From the human T2T-CHM13v2.0 reference genome, Homo sapiens: DNA of 64,000 nucleotides. The stretch lies in the NCBI RefSeq assembly GCF_009914755.1, contig NC_060938.1; one strand, written 5' to 3'. The notes beneath the pieces were generated by a model. That model saw only the letters and a program-made list of their open reading frames with translations, ran no database searches and was not told the origin of the DNA. Below, piece after piece: positions 24,441 through 35,790 of the stretch (positions within the stretch are counted from its first letter, which is position 1; every line of letters begins with the position of its first letter). The position numbers and the translations under genes were made by a program.

Positions 24441-27169
24441 TAGTAATAGGAACACACAACCTGTAATCAGCAGTTCTAAGTGCAGCACTTGATATCAGAG
24501 TTCACTTGCTGCAAAGGAAGTTACTTGTTCATGCATAGTAAATTATGCACCTTTTAGTTTGTTTCTAGTCCATTAAATCTTGGGCCAGAAAATGGGTTTG
24601 TCACTTCTAAAATTTGGACCCAAGCAAGCATATGTGTTTATTCATGATGCTAAATCATTTTCCCACACACTGTGTTCACCAACAGAGTAAATGCCGCTTA
24701 AAGCTGTCATATTGGCAAGAGCAGTTGATGCAGTGACAGGCTGGGGTTGGATAGAGACCTGGTTCTTAAATAGTCAGGTAATTAAGATATCTGAACCATC
24801 CCTGATCACTGCCCACAGGTTACACTTTTCTTAGCTTCACGCATAGAACATGTGATTGGGAAAACCGATGCACTCCCTGAGACAGTGTAAGGATACTCGT
24901 TGGCTCAGTGGCTGTCTCTAAAATGGGAAGAGTGTGAACACCTCTAAGAGGATGTAAGAATGAGGCCAATAATGCCTGTGAAAATTCCTGGAATGAAAGG
25001 GCTATCTGTACAAACACCAGGAGTTTTTCTCTTGCTTGGTCCATAAGACCCTCCAATGCTTACTTGGAGTGGTGGAGGATCTTCATGCTTTGCCTTCTTG
25101 GATTTGGGTCAAATCTGCTGTAGTTTCCAATTTACCAGCTAAACCACAGACTGTGGGGATGTGCATACCTGCCCACTCACTGTAGTGGATTGGTTTAGCT
25201 TTTTCCCTCTGCAGGTTAATTTTTTTTTCTTTATAACAGCATTATAGACATCTCACTGAGGCAGGTTAGCCTCCGTCTCAAGACAGTGCCCTTTGTAGTA
25301 GCCACCTATTTGACTCTCACCCTGAACTATGTTTGTCTGAAGAGCTTGCTTGGTACCATGATGAAGTTAGTATGAATGTATATACATATTTGGCTGCAAA
25401 TTTCAGTTTTGCTGGCCAGAAACTCTTCATGGCTTTCTCCTGACAACTTTAGAACACAACATATATTCACAAAATTAGTGATCATTTAGTGTCTGCCTGT
25501 CTCTCACACCTCAACGTTTAGGCAGGGTCTTTCTCAAGCCATACTCGCCAGCAGTATAGGTCTGGCCTGTGAGACTGTCAAACCAGGAGGCAACACAGTT
25601 TTCCTCAGTTGCCCTTTTTTTGTCCTCGAGAGTCCTCACTGTCACTTCCTTGAATCCTTTCCCACCCCAGTTATCCACACGTCATCTGCCCTTCCTGAAA
25701 CAGAGAGGTGGCTGCTGGCCTTGGCAGACAAGCCTCCTGTGTGTTCTCGTCGCCCCTCAAGCTCCTCCAGGCTCAGGGATGCAGTCCTTTCAGCCGTTTC
25801 CTATTAGTCTTGTTTTTCAGTCATCTCATCATTTTTTTTCAGTTCCCTTTTGAGCCCTTTCTAAGTTCTTCTTTCAATAAAGTGGCAATCCCCAGAACTG
25901 AATTTACTTGAGATCTAAACAGTGCCAGATAAGAAGAAAAATTAACTTAGGATTCTAAAATCAAATGTCCATGGCTTCCACTTTACAGGCATTTAAGTAA
26001 AAAATATTGAGTTGATCACTTGCCCCGTGTAAACAAAGAACCGGATGGTACACGTTTGCCTGAGTGCGCACGCACATGATGGGAGGGAGGTGCTGGCCTT
26101 CTGCAGGGCCACAGAGAGCAAGAGATACTCTCACAGACACTGTGACCACTGCTTGCCAAGCATGAGGCAGCCAGCAGCCTTGAAGTCACTCACAGGCCTC
26201 AGTGCGTGGGTGTTATTTGAAGGTAGACAGAACTGGACTTGGGAAAAATTGTCAAGGGGATGAAAGGCTTTAGCATCAGGTGTTTTCTTTTCTCCTTCCC
26301 CATCACCCCCAGACATGCCCTCCTGTCCCCATGATGATGAACGTGCAGGCCAGTGCTTTGTGCTTGGAGGGCACAGTTGCTAAGGGAACGCATGCTGATG
26401 AAAAGAGAACCTTGCCAAGTGTTCATTTCCTCCTTCCCTCATCTCTTTCTGTGTTCTCATGACCCAGCTCTCATCTGAAACACAAACTGAGTTTGAGGAA
26501 GCTTAGGAACAGTCTCCCCTCTAGCCCACACCCATTTTCATCTGCTTCCAGTTATATATGAAGAGGGGACAGTGGAAATAATCCAGAATCAGTATAAACC
26601 CATTATACTGCTAGTATGTTTAAGTAGAAACTTAGCAATAGAAGTATGTTGCTATTGCTATCTTTACTGTTTTAGTACCTAGAACCTTCCCATTCTTTCT
26701 TCACATTCTTTATAGATTTTATATCAGTCCATTACACTTTGGCCTGAAGGAGTGTTCAAATACAACTGATTTTTCTGGGACTACTAGATGTCTGTTTCCA
26801 GTATTTGGGGGGCATAGAAGAATTCCTTGAGGGAAAGAGTGGCCCAGGAGTCACCCTTTGTAAAACACTGCACCCACAGAATGGGATCTACCCAGTGGAT
26901 TATGATCCACCAAGGTTTGGCTTAAACCACATTTAGCTGACTGTCAAGTCCAGCCACCTCCTCTAGGTTGGCTTCGTCTCAATCAGAGAGGACAACAATC
27001 ATCTTCTTGTCCCATCTCTGCTTTGAACATCACCTTGAGCACTATCATTCTGCTCTATGTCTCAGGGAATTCAAACCTACAGGGGAGTGAGTGGCAGCTG
27101 TTTGATATCAAAAACTCAAGAATCTCTGCCATGAAAGAATGGGGTCCAAGTCAATTGCACTACATGCTG

Positions 27170-27372
27170 CATGGCAGCCTGAATTTCAGTTCCCAGCTGT
27201 GTGATCTCACTTTCTTCATCTCAGACAGGTATGGCAAAGTGCATATATATATATCTATATCAGGAATAGGTGCTGAGGATTGAGTGGGTTAGTTCATGTA
27301 GAGTCCTTCTCCCAGGGTCTGGCACAGAGACCACCTCCATAAATGCTATCTGTCACTGTTAATATTATTATT
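27170..27372 (+). mobile_element. MIR SINE
   Basis: cagctgtgtgatctcactttcttcatct...tgaggattgagtggg...tctggcacagag...ataaatgctatctg...tattattatt. Confidence 0.55.
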
Positions 27373-27396
27373 AAAATCTTTTTATGATTTGGGGTC

Positions 27397-27559
27397 TATT
27401 TATTTATATTTAGAGACAGGGTCTCACTCTGTCACCCAGGCTGAAGTGCCGTGGCACCATCATAGCTTGCTGCAGCCTTGAACTCCTGGGCTCAAGCATT
27501 CCTCGTACCTTGGCCTCCCAAAGCACTGGGATTATAGGCATGAGCCACTGCACCCAGCT
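27397..27559 (-). mobile_element. Alu monomer (FRAM/AluJ-like)
   Basis: gagacagggtctcactctgtcacccaggctg...ctcctgggctcaagc...cctcccaaagcactgggattataggcatgagccactgcacccagc. Confidence 0.9.
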
Positions 27560-27594
27560 CTGGTGAATATTTAATACACATACATATATATGTG

Positions 27595-28009
27595 TGCCAT
27601 AGACTAAATTGTGCCCCCACCACCAATTTATATATTTAAGCCCAAATTCCCAATGTGACAGTGTTTGGAGATTTTAGGAGGTAATTAAGGTTAAATGAGA
27701 TTTTAGGGATAAGGTCTTGATCCAGTAGGGTTTGTGGTCTTATCAGAAGACGAAGACAGAGAGAGCACTCTCACTATGTCTGTCTCCCACCATGCACACA
27801 CATCAAGGAAAGGCCATGTGAGGACACAGCAAAAAAGGTGAGCCACACCCTTCCACAATCTAGGAAGAGAGACCTCACCAAAACTGAACCCTACAGGCAC
27901 CTTGACTGTGGACTTCCTGGGCTTCAGGCCTGTGACAGAATAAGTTTCTGTTGTTTAAGTCACCCAATCTGTGGTATTTTTTTTATGGCAGCCCAGGCCC
28001 ACTAAGACA
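27595..28009 (+). mobile_element. MaLR solo LTR (MLT1A-like)
   Basis: tgccatagactaaattgtgccccc...ggaggtaattaaggttaaatgag...ggaaaggccatgtgaggacacagc...tggtattttttttatggcagccc...ctaagaca. Confidence 0.85.
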
Positions 28010-28014
28010 ACATA

Positions 28015-28055
28015 TGCATGTATGTGTTTATGGCATGTATGTGTTTATGTGTGTG

Positions 28056-28105
<50 letters not shown>

Positions 28106-28109
28106 TATA

Positions 28110-28156
<47 letters not shown>

Positions 28157-28247
28157 ATAATTATGTGTATATATATATATTATATATATGTGTATATATA
28201 ATATATATATGTATGTATGTATGTGTATATTGTGGTATGTGTATATA
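28015..28247. repeat. Long interrupted (TA)n tract with TG/TA-rich flanks; pure (TA)20 at 28059-28098
   Basis: Read directly from the sequence. Confidence 0.95.
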
Positions 28248-28714
28248 GATCCTAGAATAGTTCTTATTTTAAAATGGTCATGCTTATAAAAATCATTTTT
28301 CTCCTATGTCTCTGTTTGATTCTTTTCATCTTCTCATTGACATTAATGTTCTGCCCAAGTGTCCCACCCTGTATTTCCTTAATTTGTCTCTTTCCATTAA
28401 TTTCTGCAATCCCTGAAGTAAACAAAGTCTTTCTCTCCCTTAAAATTGTTTGTCTCCAAACTTGTTTTTTTGAGTTGTAAAGGGAAATATTTTTGACTAT
28501 GATGAAACCTTATCTCAGACATGACTATTGAGTTTTTTTCTTGCTGTAACATTAGTCTCCTGTCTCCTATGTAACACATTTAGTTTAACTGCCCTTAGTA
28601 GATTATCCTACACTTCCAAGTGTATTTTTCTCCTTACGAGTAGATAAAACCCACAATTACTAGCAGACATTCTTCCTAAATCAGGGTCCCAAGTCAAGTA
28701 ATAGTCATCATGGG

Positions 28715-28928
28715 CACCATTTATTATATACCTGCTGTACGATGACACTTTTACGTGTGTTAACTCCAATCATCTCAACAACTCTATTGACTGAAATGAA
28801 TAATATATAGATGTTGTTCTTTACATTTTCCTATGAGAAAACAGTGAAGTTGTTAAGTCAGAATTCTAGCTCAGGTCTATTTGAGTTCAAAGCTCGTGTG
28901 TCCTTTTGCATTACAGCCTGCTGCCTCT
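28715..28928 (-). mobile_element. MIR SINE
   Basis: accatttatt...ctcaacaactctat...caggtctatttgagttcaaagctcgtgtgtccttt...ctgcctct. Confidence 0.55.
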
Positions 28929-31900
28929 TGAAATGTTTGAAGTGTTCCCATTTCAAAGCTGAACATGGAACTTGTTCAGCTCTGGCCACATAGGCTCTTT
29001 AGCATCACTGAAGGAATTGAGAAAACAAGGCCATAGATTGTTCCATCTTCTCTATCATTGTCTCATTTTAGAGTCCCTCTGAATCTGACCAGGGACTTTC
29101 TGATAGAGTCATGGTTTTCATGGTGAAGAAAACTAGAGGGTGCGGTCAAGAGGGGTCACTGTATAGTGCCAGATCTGTGAGCCATAAGATATGGCCTCTG
29201 GCAGTGTATCTCCCTTGCTGAGGATTTTTTCAAGAGCTGAAGCAAGTCCATTCCTGCTGAAAGCCACAGAATGTGCTCCTTAGCAATGATCGCAGTCAAG
29301 GGAACCTGCTCTCAGAAGTAGTTCATCTGCCTGATGCATCTCTTCTTCATTCCTCAATCCTCTTCTTCTGGGGGCTCCTGTTAAGGCCTTCTGACTCTAG
29401 AAGCCTCCTCTGCCACACCTCTTAGTGAGGCCAGGAGTCTACCTCTATAGCATAGAAACCCCTGCCTGTTTTCTGGTGCTTTACCTAGGGCTGGAACGAT
29501 ATCCAGATTCCCATTTTTGTGAGAACCCTGGAAAGACCCTAGGCAGAGATATGAAAGAATCCATTCTCTTTAAACTACTCTGGCTGCTTACTGCATCTGC
29601 AATCCTGTTGTCGATTGACTTATGCAGAAAAGTGGTGAGAAGAGTCCTAATATTTCAGCCCATGTCCTCCAACACCGCAACACTTCCTCTACCAGGCATC
29701 ACCCTGTAGCTAAGTGTTTAAGCCTATGAATAATCCGTTCAAACTTCCTAATATACTATAAGGGGCATTAGTAATAAGTTTCTTCCAATCACTTGCTGGA
29801 TAACTCCCTACATCTACCATTTCCTTGTGTGTGTTCTAGTAAGCCAAAAGATTTCAGCCTTGAAGAAGCAAGCATAAATGATTTGTGGCAGATCCTGTAG
29901 GTTTTACTCTGTATAGTAAGCTATGTGGGACAGGGATTTTTATCCTGCTCAATATGTTGATTTTATGTGATAGTTTTGAAAATTTTAATTGTGATGACAT
30001 AGTTATCACTAGGGGCCCCAATATAAAGACTTGCCTTTTGAAAACTGTGAAGGAATGGATTTCTTTGCTCATTGCCTGTGAGGATACGTTACTTGCACCT
30101 TGCTGAGCTTACGAGAAAGAGCTGAGCTTGTTGCATTATACAGTATTGAGATTAATGCTAGTCACTAGCTCATGTGAAATTAAGGATGTTGATAAACTGC
30201 AGACCTATGTCTACGTCTAGTACATTAGGCCTGCCTTGTGGGTCATGTCTGTGTGCTGTTTAGGAAAAGGCAAAATAATATTGGCTAACACTTTCATGAA
30301 AGGCTCCTGTCGTGGCAGGAAAGGAGTCAGAAAGGTAAAAATCTAGTGGAGAGGAGCAGCAAATGTCTTAAGCAAGTATAGTTAACCTGTAATGAGAGTA
30401 GAAGGCACATACAGAAAATGATAAAGACTTAAGGTTGTGTTTGTAAAACCCTTAATATATTTTTATTTGCTTTGGGATACAAGTCTTCCATTTGGTCTCA
30501 AAGGCCAGTTTGAGTCTTTAAGGACTCAGTCCTTTAGGGGAAGTCACTTTTCAGGCTGTGACACATTTAAGTAGAAATTAAAGTAGGTCATCCTGCTACT
30601 AAAGCACAACCCCCAAGCAAGACAATAAAACAAATCTGACTTGTTGGGAAGGGTCAAGGCTAGAATGAGCAAATCTCATTGGAGGCAAAAAGAGTCTATC
30701 CCCAATATTCAACCCTATGAAATTTACACTAGCCAACACAAATTCAGAGCCATTCTTGGTCTTCAAAATTTGTCAGTAATCATTATACACCCCCTGAGTC
30801 AGATGTATAAATGAATTCAGAGTTGGTTCACTGCCCTGGGTTCACATACAAATACATTTAGAGTAGGATTTACGGGAACATTGGCTGCGAAGTACGGTCC
30901 ACGCTCTCCCTGCAGCCATCAGCCCCTCTTTCACTAAATGGATGAATGCAAAATGCAAACCAAAAGATGAAAGGAAAAGTGAAGAAGAAACAGAAGAAAA
31001 GTATGAAAAGGGAACTAAAATAAGAACATAGAAGGGGCACAAAGACAGCTGGTCCCAAACCTGTGCACTGTCGTTTTCCAGGCTATACCATCTGACATTG
31101 TACTTCCTCACTTTTTCAGGCTACTGTCATTTGTCAGGGAGGTTGCTATTTACTTAGAATCTAAGTTAGGTCTAAGCAACAGTTGTCAGGGGGATTCATT
31201 CTTCTTAAATTATTGGGACTTCATTCAAAATATCCTACAAGTTTGTATAAGAGTCTGTGGAAATTTTCTCAACTGTGAAGTTGATCATCTTGTAGTCTTC
31301 TGATTCTAGACTAAGATAACTACTACTGTAGTAATGAAAGTAAGTATTAGTTCATGTGCCCAGCTCTTAAAAGAAATCAGGCGGAGGGCCAAGTGAAAAA
31401 ATAATACTTGGAAATTAATCAGTATCTTTATCCCTTCATGCAATCGTTGTTGGGAATTCGGATGCCTTTGACATCGAACATTGAGAAAGACTAAGTAGGA
31501 GGTGACAGCTGTGGCTGAACGTATTATTGCTATATATGGTTGAGGCCACTTTAGTCTACAATTAGTCTACAATTCTGCATGCTAATTTTAATAAGTCTAA
31601 TAGTCATTGAGATGTAGACCGTCATTCATCAAATGTAGTGAGTGGTGGAATATATCCATTTTTAAATTATTTTTGTTCTAACACATCTTCAGCTATTTAA
31701 GACAAAAGAGTGGGTAAATAATCATTGTGCACATTAGAATTATACTGAGATTATCGATTCAAGGTTTCTAGTGAGTGGATTATCAATATGACCAACTCCA
31801 AATTTCTTTTGGAATTACTTTCGATGAGCACATCAGTGTATTTGAATAGATCATGCATAACCTAGATTATTCGTACAGCAAATCCCTTGTAGGATGTGTA

Positions 31901-32577
31901 ATGCTATGGCTGTTATACAACTTCAGTAAACCACATTGTTCTAATTCACTGAAAGCAGTTTACCCAGCGATTACTCAGGTGTGTTAGGTGATAAGGGCTC
32001 TGTAGCAAAAGTAGATTGTTTTGTGGCAATCTATTCCAAATAGCCCAATTCAAAATGCACACTAAGTTATACCTTCCAAGCAGGCTAACACTCTGTGCTG
32101 CTTAGGAAAAAGCAGAATGACAAGGTCTGCCCTTTGTTGGCTGAGATGCCAGCTACTGACCTCTGACTTCACCTAAAGAACCTAAGAAAGGGAGAGATCA
32201 CATGTGTTGATAGCACTCTGGAACAGAGGGAAAGGAAAGGCTTTATCTGGACAAAAGCTATTGACACTTTCTTCTGCCCTGGGACATGTATATGGTAGCA
32301 TTATTAGCTCCAACAAATGTTTCATCCCCAGTTAGTAATTACAGGAGCATATGTGAACATGTTTATATTTATTTATAACCAAATGTCCAGGCATCTCAAA
32401 ATATATAGAACAAATCTGTGTCTGAAAAAAATGACCATCCAGTGACAATTCATGTACTAGATATAATTTGCTTTTTGATACCCACAATCTATTACTTGCA
32501 TAAAACCTTTCACTTCAAGACAGCACTGAATTACACCTTTTCAAATATTTTTTAAACAAATTTGAGCACCTATTTTA

Positions 32578-32851
32578 TTTTACTTTTGAGACGGGGTCTC
32601 ACTCTATCACTCAGGTTGGAGTGCAGTGGCACAATCTCGGCTCACTGCAAACCCTGCCTTCCAGGTTTAAGCGTTCCTCCCACCCGAGTCTCCTGAGTAG
32701 CTGGGACCACAGGCATGTGGCACCAGAGCCGGCTACATTTTTTTGTATTTTTGATAGAGACAAGGCTTCATCATGTTGCCAGGCTGGTCTCAAACTCCTG
32801 AGCTCAAGCGATTCGCCTGCCTCGGCCTTCTAATGTGCTAGGATTACAGGC
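32578..32851 (-). mobile_element. AluJ (Jb-like), 5'-truncated by about 20 nt, with 15-bp TSD
   Basis: Dimeric Alu with ctcctgagctcaagcgat; flanked by tgagcacctatttta (32563-32577) and tgagtgcctatttta (32852-32866). Confidence 0.92.
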
Positions 32852-33519
32852 TGAGTGCCTATTTTAAAGAAAAAAACAATCACAGTGATTATTTGATACA
32901 TCAATCAGATGGCTAAAACAGAAGATATGTGAGTCTATTATCTTTTGCTGTCTGATATGATAGGTCAGAAAGGCACAGAGATGGTCAGCACAGTGGTTTC
33001 CATGGTTTAGTTACATTCCTTGCCTTATTCAAATCACCTTAATATATCTGCGTTTACCTTCAAGGCAGTCACTTTAGACATTATTTTCATATTTTAGTTA
33101 GTTATACTTACCTTCTTTATAGACAACTTCATTCCCATGATTCCTGTTAAAACTCATTGAGATTTCGGTGTAATCACCTTTTGATCTTGCAAATTCAAGT
33201 AATGAATGGCCAATCCCTCTTCAGTGATAGCACTGAATTCATTTCCAGCCAGAATAGTCATCGAAGTACAATCAGAAAGAGGAAGAAAATTCCAGTTTCT
33301 CTTTTCACTTTTTAAAAAACAAACAACAAAAGATTCACTTTAGGAAGCCAGTGGAAAATACCAGAATTTGATTTTCTTCTTTACTAAATCATTCCACAAG
33401 ATTACCAACACCAAAAACCCCATATCTCAGCTCAGTCCTTTCATTCTGTTCCTCAATTAGACCACAGAGAAGCCAGGATCAATACAGCCAAGCACCACTG
33501 TTGTTTTCTTTTGTTATTT

Positions 33520-33621
33520 GGGGTTTGTTTTGTTTTGTTTGAGACGAGGTCTTACTATGTTGTTCAGGCTGGCCTCGAACTCCTGGGCTCACACGATTCT
33601 CCTGCCTCAGCCTCCCTAGTA
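33520..33621 (-). mobile_element. FLAM-type Alu monomer fragment with (TTTTG)n tail
   Basis: gagacgaggtcttactatgttgttcaggctggcctcgaactcctgggctca...cctcagcctccctagta. Confidence 0.85.
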
Positions 33622-35674
33622 AGCATTACTGCTTTTAATTGTATAAATTAAGACTGTCATTTAATGTACACTTAGCAAATTTGGTCCTAGCAAATTTCAC
33701 AAGCTGAATTGTTCTACTTTGAAGGATGCCATCAAGAGCGTCACTGATGAAGATTTCTTACGATATTAGTTGTTATGTTCTGGATATAAGCAAGTATGTT
33801 AGCAAACCATAAAAATCTATAATCTTTTTTACTTCTCATGTGTTACATAGTCTGGCACATGGGGATAAAAGCAGAAGCATTTCCATTTCTTTGGAGCCTT
33901 GAATAGGATAAGAGCTCTGTGGACAGGCAGCGTACGCTGGTCCTTCTCACCTAGACTCAGCAGCCAACTGTGAAATGAAAGAAGGTTAGCAAAGCAGCCG
34001 AGAGCCATAGCAAATGGTAAACCATGTTGTTTATCCACAGATCATTCAGGACCAGGTCTCAGGTCCATCAGAATAATTAACTTCCCTATAAATATGTATC
34101 TCTGCTTCATATGAAGCTAAATTCTGGAGCTAAGGCAGTGAAGCAACATAGCCTCTAAGCGTCTGGAATTCACAGAAAACCAATATAAAGATTTCAGTAT
34201 TGTAAAGTGAAGGACCCAGAAGAGGTGCAGTTACTCACAAAAAATTTTAAAAACAATTCTAAGCATTGTTGACTCCAGGAACTAAATACTAGTTTCTATT
34301 ATCAGCCCATCATATTTATAGCTGTATGTGGTTCTACTAAAAATTAATTGTTAATTATATGAATGATACATAAAATAAAGAGCAAAGAACCTATTTACAA
34401 TGATTTCCTGAAATTAACATAGAAGGGTTTCATGGCCTATGAATTATCCCCAACCAGAATTTCTGAACTATATTTGTAACCATCAAGTTCCTTTGAGTAC
34501 AAATGTTTTTTAATGCCTTTTCTCTGGAGATACAAATAAAATGTTCCTAGAAATAAAACACATGATTGCACCAGATTAGTGTCTGCGGTCTCTAAATGGT
34601 CTTTTAATATTCTAAATTCATTAAGGGATTCTTTAATCATCGTTACTACTCCCGACACAAACCTCCTTACCTAAAGAAATACCTGTACAAAGCATTTATT
34701 ATTTTGTCTTAAGAGTCTGTTTTTAAAAGTCTCCCACTGCCCAGTAAACAGTCAGGTTCACATCATAATTAGCCATAACAGAAGCACTGTGGGTTTCCCT
34801 GCCAACATCAGGGGTGTGTTTTCAGGTAAGTGAGGCTGTACTTTCAGGTAAATATGACTATAAAATAAATTTCTGTAGACTATCTTATTTTCACATTGAC
34901 TTCTATATAAAATGGTATGTATATACTACCAGAGAAGGGGGAAAAAGCTAACATGGAAGTCTGAATGAAAAACTCTGGGACAGGAAATGGGGTCAGTGTT
35001 CTGGCCAGCTTGTATGTGGTGTGGTCCAGTCTTACATACCAGCTGCCTATTTGGAGATGTGGTTCTACTAGGGATTATTTATTACCCGTGGGGTCCCCTG
35101 TCCACTTCTGGGCTCTAGGATCTTCTTCCAACTCATGGGAATTTCTTCAAAGTCTGGTGGTCTTTTGACTGCATGTTTTCCAAATCGAGCACTCCACGCG
35201 TTTCCCCAAAACAACACCAACCTGCAAGAGGTCTGGAGCTGGGTCATCCAGGGGTCCCCACTGTGTATTCAGGGTATCCTAAATTGGAAACTGCCTTTGC
35301 CTTGGGGCTTTCTGTTTTATAAAGTTAATTTTCAACTTTATTCATTTTCTTAGTCTTGGATCCCACAGATGAGTCGTCTTTAAGAAAGCAGCTTGTGACT
35401 GGGAACCTTGTCTCACTCCCCTTTGTGAACCTCAGGCTGTCCTGGGCTTGATGTATAATAAGAGCTCAACAGGTGCTTTCTGTTGCAGTCAACAGGTGCT
35501 TTCTAAACAGAAAGAGCATGAGACTCACTCGTGTGGAAAGAAATGCTGGAAGAGGCAAGGATTCCACACAGCTATATCGAGGTGTGAAACAACTAAAATA
35601 CCCAGCAGGTGGTCTCAGCAGTGGGAGGAAAAGCAGTCAAAGGATCCTTTGTTCTCAGCTCTACCACATGTTAG

Positions 35675-35790
35675 TTAGGTGACACTGAGCAATGTACTTA
35701 AATGCTCTGAACCTCAGTTTCCTCATCTGCAAAGTAGGATTAAATAATACCTCTCTCACATGTGAGCTATGTAATGTGACTAACAAATGT
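35675..35790 (+). mobile_element. MIR SINE core
   Basis: ctctgaacctcagtttcctcatctgcaaagtagg. Confidence 0.75.

Noticed and set aside
27951-28248. YI-repeat ORFs; also TH/RE-repeat ORF at 46848-47129
   Set aside because: Artefacts of (TA)n and (AC)n(AG)n microsatellites.
35602-35615. CTCF-like motif ccagcaggtggtct
   Set aside because: Mismatch at the conserved GGC position; a single weak match is not supportable.
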